Part shown: positions 1 through 13,009 of the stretch, piece after piece
How positions within the stretch are numbered: position 1 is the first letter of the stretch
Layout: each line of letters begins with the position of its first letter
DNA from: the human T2T-CHM13v2.0 reference genome, Homo sapiens
Direction: 5' to 3' (one strand)
Assembly (NCBI RefSeq): GCF_009914755.1
Contig: NC_060925.1
Length of the DNA stretch: 64,000 bases
The notes under the pieces: model-generated
Seen by the model: only the letters and a program-made list of their open reading frames with translations
Database searches by the model: none
What the model was told of the DNA's origin: nothing
Made by a program: the position numbers and the translations under genes

Positions 1-53
1 GTAAACACTCTGTTTATAAAGTCTGCATGTGGATATTCAGACCCCTTTGAGGC

Positions 54-70
54 CTTCGTTGGAAACGGGA
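54..70 (+). promoter_or_regulatory. CENP-B box (first copy; recurs every ~340 bp, last at 63935-63951)
   Basis: CTTCGTTGGAAACGGGA matches the 17-bp consensus YTTCGTTGGAARCGGGA (core nTTCGnnnnAnnCGGGn). It occurs in alternate monomers only; A dimers end in ...CGGGT. Confidence 0.97.
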
Positions 71-95
71 TTTCTTCATATTATGCTAGACAGAA

Positions 96-2814
96 GAATT
101 CTCAGTAACTTCCTTGTGTTGTGTGTATTCAACTGACAGAGTTGAACTTTCATTTAGAGAGAGCAGATTTGAAACACTGTTTTTGTGGAATTTGCAAGTG
201 GAGATTTCAAGCGTTTTGGGGCCAAAGGCAGAAAAGGAAATATCTTCGTATAAAAACTAGGCAGAATCATTCTCAGAAACTGCTGCGTGATGTGTGCGTT
301 CAACTCTCAGAGTTTAACTTTTCTTTTCATTCAGCGGTTTGGAAACACTCTGTTTGTAAAGTCTGCACGTGGATATTTTGACCACTTAGAGGCCTTCGTT
401 GGAAACGGGTTTTTTTCATGTAAGGCTAGACAGAAGAATTCCCAGTAACTTCCTTGTGTTGTGTGCATTCAACTCACAGAGTTGAACGTTCCCTTAGACA
501 GAGCAGATTTGAAACACTCTATTTGTGCAATTGGCAAGTGTAGATTTCAAGCGCTTTAAGGTCAATGGCAGAAAAGGAAATATCTTCGTTTCAAAACTAG
601 ACAGAATCATTCCCACAAACTGCGTTGTGATGTGTTCGTTCAACTCACAGAGTTTAACTTTTCTGTTCATAGAGCAGTTAGGATACACTCTGTTTGTAAA
701 GTCTGTAAGTGGATATTCTGACATCTTGTGGCCTTCGTTTTAAACGGGATTTCTTCATATTCTGCTAGACAGAAGAATTCTCAGTAACTTCCTTGTGTTG
801 TGTGTATTCAACTCACAGAGTTGAACGATCCTTTACACAGAACAGACTTGAAACACTCTTTTTGTGGAATTTGCAAGTGGAGATTTCAGCCGCTTTGAGG
901 TCAATGGTAGAAAAGGGAATATCTTCGTATAAACACTAGACAGAATGATTCTCAGAAACTCCTTTGTGATGTGTGCGTTCAACTCACAGAGTTTAACCTT
1001 TCTTTTCATAGAGCAGTTAGGAAACACTCTGTCTGTAAAGTCTGCAAGTGGATATTCATACCTCCTTGAGGCCTTCATTGGAAACGGGATTTCTTCATAT
1101 TCTGCTAGACAGAAGAATTCTCAGTAACTTCCTTGTGTTGTGTGTATTCAACTCACAGAGTTGAACGATCCTTTCAACAGAGCAGGCTTGAAACACTCTT
1201 TTTGTGGAATTTGCAAGTGGAGATTTCAGCCGCTTTGAGGTCAATGGTAGAAAAGGAAATATCTTCGTATAAAGACTAGACAGAATGATTCTCAGAAACT
1301 CCTTTGTGATGTGTGCGTTCAACTCACAGAGTTTAACTTTTCTTTTCATAGAGCAGTTAGGAAACACTCTGTTTGCAAAGTCTGCAAGTGGATATTCAGA
1401 CCTCTTTGAGGCCTTCGTTGGAAACGGGATTTCTTCATATTATGCTAGACAGAATAATTCTCAGTAACTTCCTTGTGTTGTGTGTATTCAACTCACAGAT
1501 TTGAACGATCCATTACAGAGAGCAGACTTGAAACACACTTTTTGTGGAATTTGCAAGTGGAGATTTCAGCCGCTTTGAGGTCAATGGTAGAATAGGAAAT
1601 ATCTTCCTATAGAAACTAGACAGAATGATTCTCAGAAACTCCTTTGTGATGTGTGCGTTCAACTCACAGAGTTTAACCTTTCTTTTCATAGAGCAGTTAG
1701 GAAATACTCTGTTTGTAAAGTCTGCAAGTGGATATTCAGACCTCCTTGAGGCCTTCGTTGGAAACGGGATTTCTTCATATTCTGCTTGACAGAAGAATTC
1801 TCAGTAACTTCCTTGTGTTGTGTGTATTCAACTCACAGAGTTGAATGATCCTTTACACAGAGCAGACCTGAAACATTCTTTTTGTGGAATTTGCAAGTGG
1901 AGATTTCAGCCACTTTGTGGTCAATGGTAGAAAAGGAAATATCTTCGTATAAAGACTAGACAGAATGATTCTCAGAAACTCCTTTGTGATGTGTGCGTTC
2001 AACTCACAGAGTTTAACCTTTCTTTTCATACAGCAGTTAGGAAACACTCTGTTTGTAAAGTCTGCAAGTGGATATTCAGACCTCCTTGAGGCCTTCGTTG
2101 GAAACGGGATTTCTTCATATTATGCTAGACAGAAGAATTCTCAGTAACTTCCTTGTGTTGTGTGTATTCAACTCACAGAGTTGAACGATCCTTTACAGAG
2201 AGCAGACTTGAAACACTCTTTCTGTGGAATTTGCAAGTGGAGATTTCAGCCTCTTTGAGGTCAATGGTAGAATAGGAAATATCTTCCTATAGAAACTAGA
2301 CAGAATGATTCTCAGAAACTCCTTTGTCATGTGTGCGTTCAACTCACAGAGTTTAACCTTTCTTTTCATAGAGCAGTTAGGAAACACTCTGTTTGTAAAG
2401 TCTGCAAGTGGATATACAGACCTCTTTGAGGCCTTCGTTGGAAACGGGATTTCTTCATATTCTGCTAGACAGAAGAATTCTCAGTAACTTCCTTGTGTTG
2501 TGTGTATTCAACTCACAGAGTTGAACGATCCTTTACACAGAGCAGACTTGAAACACTCTTTTTGTGGAATTTGCAAGTGGAGATTTCAGCCGCTTTGAGG
2601 TCAATAGTAGAAAAGGAAATATCTTCGTAGAAAAACTAGACAGAATGATTCTCAGAAACTCCTTTGTGATGTGTGTGTTCAACTCTCAGAATTTAACCTT
2701 TCTTTTCATAGAGCAGTTAGTAAACACTCTGTTTATAAAGTCTGCAAGTGGATATTCAGATCCCTTTGTGGCCTTCTTTGGAAACGGGATTTCTTCATAT
2801 TATGCTAGACAGAA
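96..2814 (+). repeat. 16-monomer HOR variant, copy 1 (A-B-C5-D, 2719 bp)
   Basis: A-dimer starts at 96 and 2815. Private variants (gcgttttggg, aactaggcag, caattggcaag, ggatacact, cgttttaaac, ctttcaacag, gtttgcaaag, cactttgtgg, ctttgtcat) are shared with the copies at 5873 and 10291. Confidence 0.88.
1242..1258 (+). promoter_or_regulatory. pJalpha/A-box-equivalent site in the non-CENP-B monomer (representative copy)
   Basis: CAATGGTAGAAAAGGAA lies 171 bp upstream of the CENP-B box at 1413, i.e. at the homologous monomer position, and resembles the pJalpha box CTAYGGTGRAAAAGGAA. It is degenerate, and binding is not shown. Confidence 0.6.
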
Positions 2815-4173
2815 GAATTCTCAGTAACTTCCTTGTGTTGTGTGTATTCAACTGACAGAGTTGAACTTTCATTTAGAGAGAGCAGATTTGCAACACTGTT
2901 TTTGTGGAATTTGCAAGTGGAGATTTCAAGCGCTTTGGGGCCAAAGGCAGAAAAGGAAATATCTTCGGATAAAAACTAGACAGAATCATTCTCAGAAACT
3001 GCTGCGTGATGTGTGAGTTCAACTCTCAGAGTTTAACTTTTCTTTTCATTCAGCGGTTTGGAAACAGTCTGTTTGTAAAGTCTGCACGTGGATATTTTGA
3101 CCACTTAGAGGCCTTCGTTGGAAACGGGATTTTTTCATGTAAGGCTAGACAGAAGAATTCCCAGTAACTTCCTTGTGTTGTGTGCATTCAACTCACAGAG
3201 TTGAACGTTCCCTTAGACAGAGCAGATTTGAAACACTCTATTTGTGCAATTTGCAAGTGTAGATTTCAAGCGCTTTAAGGTCAATGGCAGAAAAGGAAAT
3301 ATCTTCGTTTCAAAACTAGACAGAATCATTCCCACAAACTGCGTTGTGATGTGTTCGTTCAACTCACAGAGTTTAACCTTTCTGTTCATAGAGCAGTTAG
3401 GAAACACTCTGTTTGTAAAGTCTGTAAGTGGATATTCTGACATCTTGTGGCCTTCGTTGGAAACGGGATTTCTTCATATTCTGCTAGACAGAAGAATTCT
3501 CAGTAACTTCCTTGTGTTGTGTGTATTCAACTCACAGAGTTGAACGATCCTTTACACAGAGCAGACTTGAACCACTCTTTTTGTGGAATTTGCAAGTGGA
3601 GATTTCAGCCGCTTTGAGGTCAATGGTAGAATAGGAAATATCTTCGTATAAAGACTAGACAGAATGATTCTCAGAAACTCCTTTGTGATGTGTGCGTTCA
3701 ACTCACAGAGTTTAACTTTTCTTTTCATAGAGCAGTTAGGAAACACTCTGTTTGTAAAGTCTGCAAGTGGATATTCAGACCTCTTTGAGGCCTTCGTTGG
3801 AAACGGGATTTCTTCATATTCTGCTAGACAGAAGAATTCTCAGTAACTTCCTTGTGTTGTGTGTATTCAACTCACAGAGTTGAACGATCCTTTATAGAGA
3901 GCAGACTTGAAACACCCTTTTTGTGGAATTTGCAAGTGGAGATTTCAGCCGCTTTGAAGTCAATGGTAGAATAGGAAATATCTTCCTATAGAAACTAGAC
4001 AGAATGATTCTCAGAAACTCCTTTGTGATGTGTGCGTTCAACTCACAGAGTTTAACCTTTCTTTTCATAGAGCAGTTAGGAAACACTCTGTTTATAAAGT
4101 CTGCATGTGGATATTCAGACCCCTTTGAGGCCTTCGTTGGAAACGGGATTTCTTCATATTATGCTAGACAGAA

Positions 4174-5872
4174 GAATTCTCAGTAACTTCCTTGTGTTGT
4201 GTGTATTCAACTGACAGAGTTGAACTTTCATTTAGAGAGAGCAGATTTGAAACACTGTTTTTGTGGAATTTGCAAGTGGAGATTTCAAGCGTTTTGGGGC
4301 CAAAGGCAGAAAAGGAAATATCTTCGTATAAAAACTAGGCAGAATCATTCTCAGAAACTGCTGCGTGATGTGTGCGTTCAACTCTCAGAGTTTAACTTTT
4401 CTTTTCATTCAGCGGTTTGGAAACACTCTGTTTGTAAAGTCTGCACGTGGATATTTTGACCACTTAGAGGCCTTCGTTGGAAACGGGTTTTTTTCATGTA
4501 AGGCTAGACAGAAGAATTCCCAGTAACTTCCTTGTGTTGTGTGCATTCAACTCACAGAGTTGAACGTTCCCTTAGACAGAGCAGATTTGAAACACTCTAT
4601 TTGTGCAATTGGCAAGTGTAGATTTCAAGCGCTTTAAGGTCAATGGCAGAAAAGGAAATATCTTCGTTTCAAAACTAGACAGAATCATTCCCACAAACTG
4701 CGTTGTGATGTGTTCGTTCAACTCACAGAGTTTAACTTTTCTGTTCATAGAGCAGTTAGGATACACTCTGTTTGTAAAGTCTGTAAGTGGATATTCTGAC
4801 ATCTTGTGGCCTTCGTTTTAAACGGGATTTCTTCATATTCTGCTAGACAGAAGAATTCTCAGTAACTTCCTTGTGTTGTGTGTATTCAACTCACAGAGTT
4901 GAACGATCCTTTACACAGAACAGACTTGAAACACTCTTTTTGTGGAATTTGCAAGTGGAGATTTCAGCCGCTTTGAGGTCAATGGTAGAAAAGGGAATAT
5001 CTTCGTATAAACACTAGACAGAATGATTCTCAGAAACTCCTTTGTGATGTGTGCGTTCAACTCACAGAGTTTAACCTTTCTTTTCATAGAGCAGTTAGGA
5101 AACACTCTGTCTGTAAAGTCTGCAAGTGGATATACATACCTCCTTGAGGCCTTCATTGGAAACGGGATTTCTTCATATTCTGCTAGACAGAAGAATTCTC
5201 AGTAACTTCCTTGTGTTGTGTGTATTCAACTCACAGAGTTGAACGATCCTTTCAACAGAGCAGGCTTGAAACACTCTTTTTGTGGAATTTGCAAGTGGAG
5301 ATTTCAGCCGCTTTGAGGTCAATGGTAGAAAAGGAAATATCTTCGTATAAAGACTAGACAGAATGATTCTCAGAAACTCCTTTGTGATGTGTGCGTTCAA
5401 CTCACAGAGTTTAACTTTTCTTTTCATAGAGCAGTTAGGAAACACTCTGTTTGCAAAGTCTGCAAGTGGATATTCAGACCTCTTTGAGGCCTTCGTTGGA
5501 AACGGGATTTCTTCATATTATGCTAGACAGAATAATTCTCAGTAACTTCCTTGTGTTGTGTGTATTCAACTCACAGATTTGAACGATCCATTACAGAGAG
5601 CAGACTTGAAACACTCTTTTTGTGGAATTTGCAAGTGGAGATTTCAGCCGCTTTGAGGTCAATGGTAGAATAGGAAATATCTTCCTATAGAAACTAGACA
5701 GAATGATTCTCAGAAACTCCTTTGTGATGTGTGTGTTCAACTCACAGAGTTTAACCTTTCTTTTCATAGAGCAGTTAGTAAACACTCTGTTTATAAAGTC
5801 TGCATGTGGATATTCAGACCCCTTTGAGGCCTTCGTTGGAAACGGGATTTCTTCATATTATGCTAGACAGAA
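4174..5872 (+). repeat. 10-monomer internally deleted derivative of the 16-mer variant (1699 bp)
   Basis: Carries the same private variants as 96-1600, then switches inside the fifth dimer (about 5700-5780) to D-type sequence (ttagtaaac, tttataaag, gacccctttg), skipping three dimers. Confidence 0.8.
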
Positions 5873-8591
5873 GAATTCTCAGTAACTTCCTTGTGTTGTG
5901 TGTATTCAACTGACAGAGTTGAACTTTCATTTAGAGAGAGCAGATTTGAAACACTGTTTTTGTGGAATTTGCAAGTGGAGATTTCAAGCGTTTTGGGGCC
6001 AAAGGCAGAAAAGGAAATATCTTCGTATAAAAACTAGGCAGAATCATTCTCAGAAACTGCTGCGTGATGTGTGCGTTCAACTCTCAGAGTTTAACTTTTC
6101 TTTTCATTCAGCGGTTTGGAAACACTCTGTTTGTAAAGTCTGAACGTGGATATTTTGACCACTTAGAGGCCTTCGTTGGAAACGGGTTTTTTTCATGTAA
6201 GGCTAGACAGAAGAATTCCCAGTAACTTCCTTGTGTTGTGTGCATTCAACTCACAGAGTTGAACGTTCCATTAGACAGAGCAGATTTGAAACACTCTATT
6301 TGTGCAATTGGCAAGTGTAGATTTCAAGCGCTTTAAGGTCAATGGCAGAAAAGGAAATATCTTCGTTTCAAAACTAGACAGAATCATTCCCACAAACTGC
6401 GTTGTGATGTGTTCGTTCAACTCACAGAGTTTAACTTTTCTGTTCATAGAGCAGTTAGGATACACTCTGTTTGTAAAGTCTGTAAGTGGATATTCTGACA
6501 TCTTGTGGCCTTCGTTTTAAACGGGATTTCTTCATATTCTGCTAGACAGAAGAATTCTCAGTAACTTCCTTGTGTTGTGTGTATTCAACTCACAGAGTTG
6601 AACGATCCTTTACACAGAACAGACTTGAAACACTCTTTTTGTGGAATTTGCAAGTGGAGATTTCAGCCGCTTTGAGGTCAATGGTAGAAAAGGGAATATC
6701 TTCGTATAAACACTAGACAGAATGATTCTCAGAAACTCCTTTGTGATGTGTGCGTTCAACTCACAGAGTTTAACCTTTCTTTTCATAGAGCAGTTAGGAA
6801 ACACTCTCTCTGTAAAGTCTGCAAGTGGATATTCATACCTCCTTGAGGCCTTCATTGGAAACGGGATTTCTTCATATTCTGCTAGACAGAAGAATTCTCA
6901 GTAACTTCCTTGTGTTGTGTGTATTCAACTCACAGAGTTGAACGATCCTTTCAACACAGCAGGCTTGAAACACTCTTTTTGTGGAATTTGCAAGTGGAGA
7001 TTTCAGCCGCTTTGAGGTCAATGGTAGAAAAGGAAATATCTTCGTATAAAGACTAGACAGAATGATTCTCAGAAACTCCTTTGTGATGTGTGCGTTCAAC
7101 TCACAGAGTTTAACTTTTCTTTTCATAGAGCAGTTAGGAAACACTCTGTTTGCAAAGTCTGCAAGTGGATATTCAGACCTCTTTGAGGCCTTCGTTGGAA
7201 ACGGGATTTCTTCATATTATGCTAGACAGAATAATTCTCAGTAACTTCCTTGTGTTGTGTGTATTCAACTCACAGATTTGAACGATCCATTACAGAGAGC
7301 AGACTTGAAACACTCTTTTTGTGGAATTTGCAAGTGGAGATTTCAGCCGCTTTGAGGTCAATGGTAGAATAGGAAATATCTTCCTATAGAAACTAGACAG
7401 AATGATTCTCAGAAACTCCTTTGTGATGTGTGCGTTCAACTCACAGAGTTTAACCTTTCTTTTCATAGAGCAGTTAGGAAATACTCTGTTTGTAAAGTCT
7501 GCAAGTGGATATTCAGACCTCCTTGAGGCCTTCGTTGGAAACGGGATTTCTTCATATTCTGCTAGACAGAAGAATTCTCAGTAACTTCCTTGTGTTGTGT
7601 GTATTCAACTCACAGAGTTGAATGATCCTTTACACAGAGCAGACCTGAAACATTCTTTTTGTGGAATTTGCAAGTGGAGATTTCAGCCACTTTGTGGTCA
7701 ATGGTAGAAAAGGAAATATCTTCGTATAAAAACTAGACAGAATGATTCTCAGAAACTCCTTTGTGATGTGTGCGTTCAACTCACAGAGTTTAACCTTTCT
7801 TTTCATACAGCAGTTAGGAAACACTCTGTTTGTAAAGTCTGCAAGTGGATATTCAGACCTCCTTGAGGCCTTCGTTGGAAACGGGATTTCTTCATATTAT
7901 GCTAGACAGAAGAATTCTCAGTAACTTCCTTGTGTTGTGTGTATTCAACTCACAGAGTTGAACGATCCTTTACAGAGAGCAGACTTGAAACACTCTTTCT
8001 GTGGAATTTGCAAGTGGAGATTTCAGCCTCTTTGAGGTCAATGGTAGAATAGGAAATATCTTCCTATAGAAACTAGACAGAATGATTCTCAGAAACTCCT
8101 TTGTCATGTGTGCGTTCAACTCACAGAGTTTAACCTTTCTTTTCATAGAGCAGTTAGGAAACACTCTGTTTGTAAAGTCTGCAAGTGGATATTCAGACCT
8201 CTTTGAGGCCTTCGTTGGAAACGGGATTTCTTCATATTCTGCTAGACAGAAGAATTCTCAGTAACTTCCTTGTGTTGTGTGTATTCAACTCACAGAGTTG
8301 AACGATCCTTTACAGAGAGCAGACTTGAAACACTCTTTTTGTGGAATTTGCAAGTGGAGATTTCAGCCGCTTTCAGGTCAATAGTAGAAAAGGAAATATC
8401 TTCGTAGAAAAACTAGACAGAATGATTCTCAGAAACTCCTTTGTGATGTGTGTGTTCAACTCACAGAGTTTAACCTTTCTTTTCATAGAGCAGTTAGTAA
8501 ACACTCTGTTTATAAAGTCTGCAAGTGGATATTCAGACCTCTTTGAGGCCTTCGTTGGAAACGGGATTTCTTCATATTATGCTAGACAGAA
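5873..8591 (+). repeat. 16-monomer HOR variant, copy 2
   Basis: 2719 bp between A-dimer starts; same ordered private SNVs as 96-2814 (offset 5777). Confidence 0.88.
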
Positions 8592-10290
8592 GAATTCTCT
8601 GTAACTTCCTTGTGTTGTGTGTATTCAACTGACAGAGTTGAACTTTCATTTAGAGAGAGCAGGTTTGAAACACTGTTTTTGTGGAATTTGCAAGTGGAGA
8701 TTTCAAGCGCTTTGGGGCAAAAGGCAGAAAAGGAAATATCTTCGTATAAAAACTAGACAGAATCATTCTCAGAAACTGCTGCGTGATGTGTGCGTTCAAC
8801 TCTCAGAGTTTAACTTTTCTTTTCATTCAGCGGTTTGGAAACACTCTGTTTGTAAAGTCTGCACGTGGATATTTTGACCACTTAGAGGCCTTCGTTGGAA
8901 ACGGGTTTTTTTCATGTAAGGCTAGACAGAAGAATTCCCAGTAACTTCCTCGTGTTGTGTGCATTCAACTCACAGAGTTGAACGTTCCCTTAGACAGAGC
9001 AGATTTGAAACACTCTATTTGTGCAATTGGCAAGTGTAGATTTCAAGCGCTTTAAGGTCAATGGCAGAAAAGGAAATATCTTCGTTTCAAAACTAGACAG
9101 AATCATTCCCACAAACTGCGTTGTGATGTGTTCGTTCAACTCACAGAGTTTAACCTTTCTGTTCATAGAGCAGTTAGGAAACACTCTGTTTGTAAAGTCT
9201 GTAAGTGGATATTCTGACATCTTGTGGCCTTCGTTGGAAACGGGATTTCTTCATATTCTGCTAGACAGAAGAATTCTCAGTAACTTCCTTGTGTTGTGTG
9301 TATTCAACTCACAGAGTTGAACGATCCTTTACAGAGAGCAGACTTGAAACACTCTTTTTGTGGAATTTGCAAGTGGAGATTTCAGCCGCTTCGAGGTCAA
9401 TGGTAGAATAGGTAATATCTTCCTATAGAAACTAGACAGAATTATTCTCAGAAACTCCTTTGTGATGTGTGCGTTCAACTCACAAAGTTTAACCTTTCTT
9501 TTCATAGTGTAGTTAGGAAACACTCTGTTTGTAAAGTCTGCAAGTGGATATTCAGACGTCTTTGAGGCCTTCGTTGGAAACGGGATTTCTTCATATTATG
9601 CTTGACAGAAGAATTCTCAGTAACTTCCTTGTGTTGTGTGTATTCAACTCACAGAGTTGAACGATCCTTTACAGAGAGCAGACTTGAAACACTCTTTTTG
9701 TGGAATTTGCAAGTGGAGATTTCAGCCGCTTTGAGGTCAATGGTAGAAAAGGTAATATCTTCGTATAAAGACTAGACAGAAAGATTCTCAGAAACTCCTT
9801 TGTGATGTGTGCGTTCAACTCACAGAGTTTAACTTTTCTTTTAATATAGCAGTTAGGAAACACTCTGTTTGTAAAGTCTGCAAGTGGATATTCAGACCTC
9901 TTTGAGGCCTTCGTTGGAAACGGGATTTCTTCATATTCTGCTAGACAGAATAATTCTCAGTAACTTCCTTGTGTTGTGTGTATTCAACTCACAGAGTTGA
10001 ACGATCCTTTACACAGAGCAGACTTGAAACACTCTTTTTGTGGAATTTGCAAGTGGAGATTTCAGCCGCTTTGAGGTCAATGGTAGAATAGGAAATATCT
10101 TCCTATAGAAACTAGACAGAATGATTCTCAGAAACTCCTTTGTGATGTGTGTGTTCAACTCACAGAGTTTAACCTTTCTTTTCATAGAGCAGTTAGTAAA
10201 CACTCTGTTTATAAAGTCTGCATGTGGATATTCAGACCCCTTTGAGGCCTTCGTTGGAAACGGGATTTCTTCATATTATGCTAGACAGAA

Positions 10291-13009
10291 GAATTCTCAG
10301 TAACTTCCTTGTGTTGTGTGTATTCAACTGACAGAGTTGAACTTTCATTTAGAGAGAGCAGATTTGAAACACTGTTTTTGTGGAATTTGCAAGTGGAGAT
10401 TTCAAGCGTTTTGGGGCCAAAGGCAGAAAAGGAAATATCTTCGTATAAAAACTAGGCAGAATCATTCTCAGAAACTGCTGCGTGATGTGTGCGTTCAACT
10501 CTCAGAGTTTAACTTTTCTTTTCATTCAGCGGTTTGGAAACACTCTGTTTGTAAAGTCTGCACGTGGATATTTTGACCACTTAGAGGCCTTCGTTGGAAA
10601 CGGGTTTTTTTCATGTAAGGCTAGACAGAAGAATTCCCAGTAACTTCCTTGTGTTGTGTGCATTCAACTCACAGAGTTGAACGTTCCCTTAGACAGAGCA
10701 GATTTGAAACACTCTATTTGTGCAATTGGCAAGTGTAGATTTCAAGCGCTTTAAGGTCAATGGCAGAAAAGGAAATATCTTCGTTTCAAAACTAGACAGA
10801 ATCATTCCCACAAACTGCGTTGTGATGTGTTCGTTCAACTCACAGAGTTTAACTTTTCTGTTCATAGAGCAGTTAGGATACACTCTGTTTGTAAAGTCTG
10901 TAAGTGGATATTCTGACATCTTGTGGCCTTCGTTTTAAACGGGATTTCTTCATATTCTGCTAGACAGAAGAATTCTCAGTAACTTCCTTGTGTTGTGTGT
11001 ATTCAACTCACAGAGTTGAACGATCCTTTACACAGAACAGACTTGAAACACTCTTTTTGTGGAATTTGCAAGTGGAGATTTCAGCCGCTTTGAGGTCAAT
11101 GGTAGAAAAGGGAATATCTTCGTATAAACACTAGACAGAATGATTCTCAGAAACTCCTTTGTGATGTGTGCGTTCAACTCACAGAGTTTAACCTTTCTTT
11201 TCATAGAGCAGTTAGGAAACACTCTGTCTGTAAAGTCTGCAAGTGGATATTCATACCTCCTTGAGGCCTTCATTGGAAACGGGATTTCTTCATATTCTGC
11301 TAGACAGAAGAATTCTCAGTAACTTCCTTGTGTTGTGTGTATTCAACTCACAGAGTTGAACGATCCTTTCAACAGAGCAGGCTTGAAACACTCTTTTTGT
11401 GGAATTTGCAAGTGGAGATTTCAGCCGCTTTGAGGTCAATGGTAGAAAAGGAAATATCTTCGTATAAAGACTAGACAGAATGATTCTCAGAAACTCCTTT
11501 GTGATGTGTGCGTTCAACTCACAGAGTTTAACTTTTCTTTTCATAGAGCAGTTAGGAAACACTCTGTTTGCAAAGTCTGCAAGTGGATATTCAGACCTCT
11601 TTGAGGCCTTCGTTGGAAACGGGATTTCTTCATATTATGCTAGACAGAATAATTCTCAGTAACTTCCTTGTGTTGTGTGTATTCAACTCACAGATTTGAA
11701 CGATCCATTACAGAGAGCAGACTTGAAACACTCTTTTTGTGGAATTTGCAAGTGGAGATTTCAGCCGCTTTGAGGTCAATGGTAGAATAGGAAATATCTT
11801 CCTATAGAAACTAGACAGAATGATTCTCAGAAACTCCCTTGTGATGTGTGCGTTCAACTCACAGAGTTTAATCTTTCTTTTCATAGAGCAGTTAGGAAAT
11901 ACTCTGTTTGTAAACTCTGCAAGTGGATATTCAGACCTCCTTGAGGCCTTCGTTGGAAACGGGATTTCTTCATATTCTGCTAGACAGAAGAATTCTCAGT
12001 AACTTCCTTGTGTTGTGTGTATTCAACTCACAGAGTTGAATGATCCTTTACACAGAGCAGACCTGAAACATTCTTTTTGTGGAATTTGCAAGTGGAGATT
12101 TCAGCCACTTTGTGGTCAATGGTAGAAAAGGAAATATCTTCGTATAAAGACTAGACAGAATGATTCTCAGAAACTCCTTTGTGATGTGTGCGTTCAACTC
12201 ACAGAGTTTAACCTTTCTTTTCATACAGCAGTTAGGAAACACTCTGTTTGTAAAGTCTGCAAGTGGATATTCAGACCTCCTTGAGGCCTTCGTTGGAAAC
12301 GGGATTTCTTCATATTATGCTAGACAGAAGAATTCTCAGTAACTTCCTTGTGTTGTGTGTATTCAACTCACAGAGTTGAACGATCCTTTACAGAGAGCAG
12401 ACTTGAAACACTCTTTCTGTGGAATTTGCAAGTGGAGATTTCAGCCTCTTTGAGGTCAATGGTAGAATAGGAAATATCTTCCTATAGAAACTAGACAGAA
12501 TGATTCTCAGAAACTCCTTTGTCATGTGTGCGTTCAACTCACAGAGTTTAACCTTTCTTTTCATAGAGCAGTTAGGAAACACTCTGTTTGTAAAGTCTGC
12601 AAGTGGATATTCAGACCTCTTTGAGGCCTTCGTTGGAAACGGGATTTCTTCATATTCTGCTAGACAGAAGAATTCTCAGTAACTTCCTTGTGTTGTGTGT
12701 ATTCAACTCACAGAGTTGAACGATCCTTTACACAGAGCAGACTTGAAACACTCTTTTTGTGGAATTTGCAAGTGGAGATTTCAGCCGCTTTGAGGTCAAT
12801 AGTAGAAAAGGAAATATCTTCGTAGAAAAACTAGACAGAATGATTCTCAGAAACTCCTTTGTGATGTGTGTGTTCAACTCACAGATTTTAACCTTTCTTT
12901 TCATAGAGCAGTTAGTAAACACTCTGTTTATAAAGTCTGCAAGTGGATATTCAGACCCCTTTGAGGCCTTCGTTGGAAACGGGATTTCTTCATATTATGC
13001 TAGACAGAA
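10291..13009 (+). repeat. 16-monomer HOR variant, copy 3
   Basis: 2719 bp between A-dimer starts; same ordered private SNVs (offset 10195 from copy 1). Confidence 0.88.

Noticed and set aside
365-370. E-box CACGTG in A dimers
   Set aside because: It arises from a single-base difference from the CAAGTG of other dimers. A 6-mer in satellite DNA is no evidence of bHLH regulation.
407-420. GGGTTTTTTTCATG T-tract resembling a terminator
   Set aside because: It is a fixed feature of A dimers directly after the CENP-B box, with no GC-rich stem and no upstream transcription unit.
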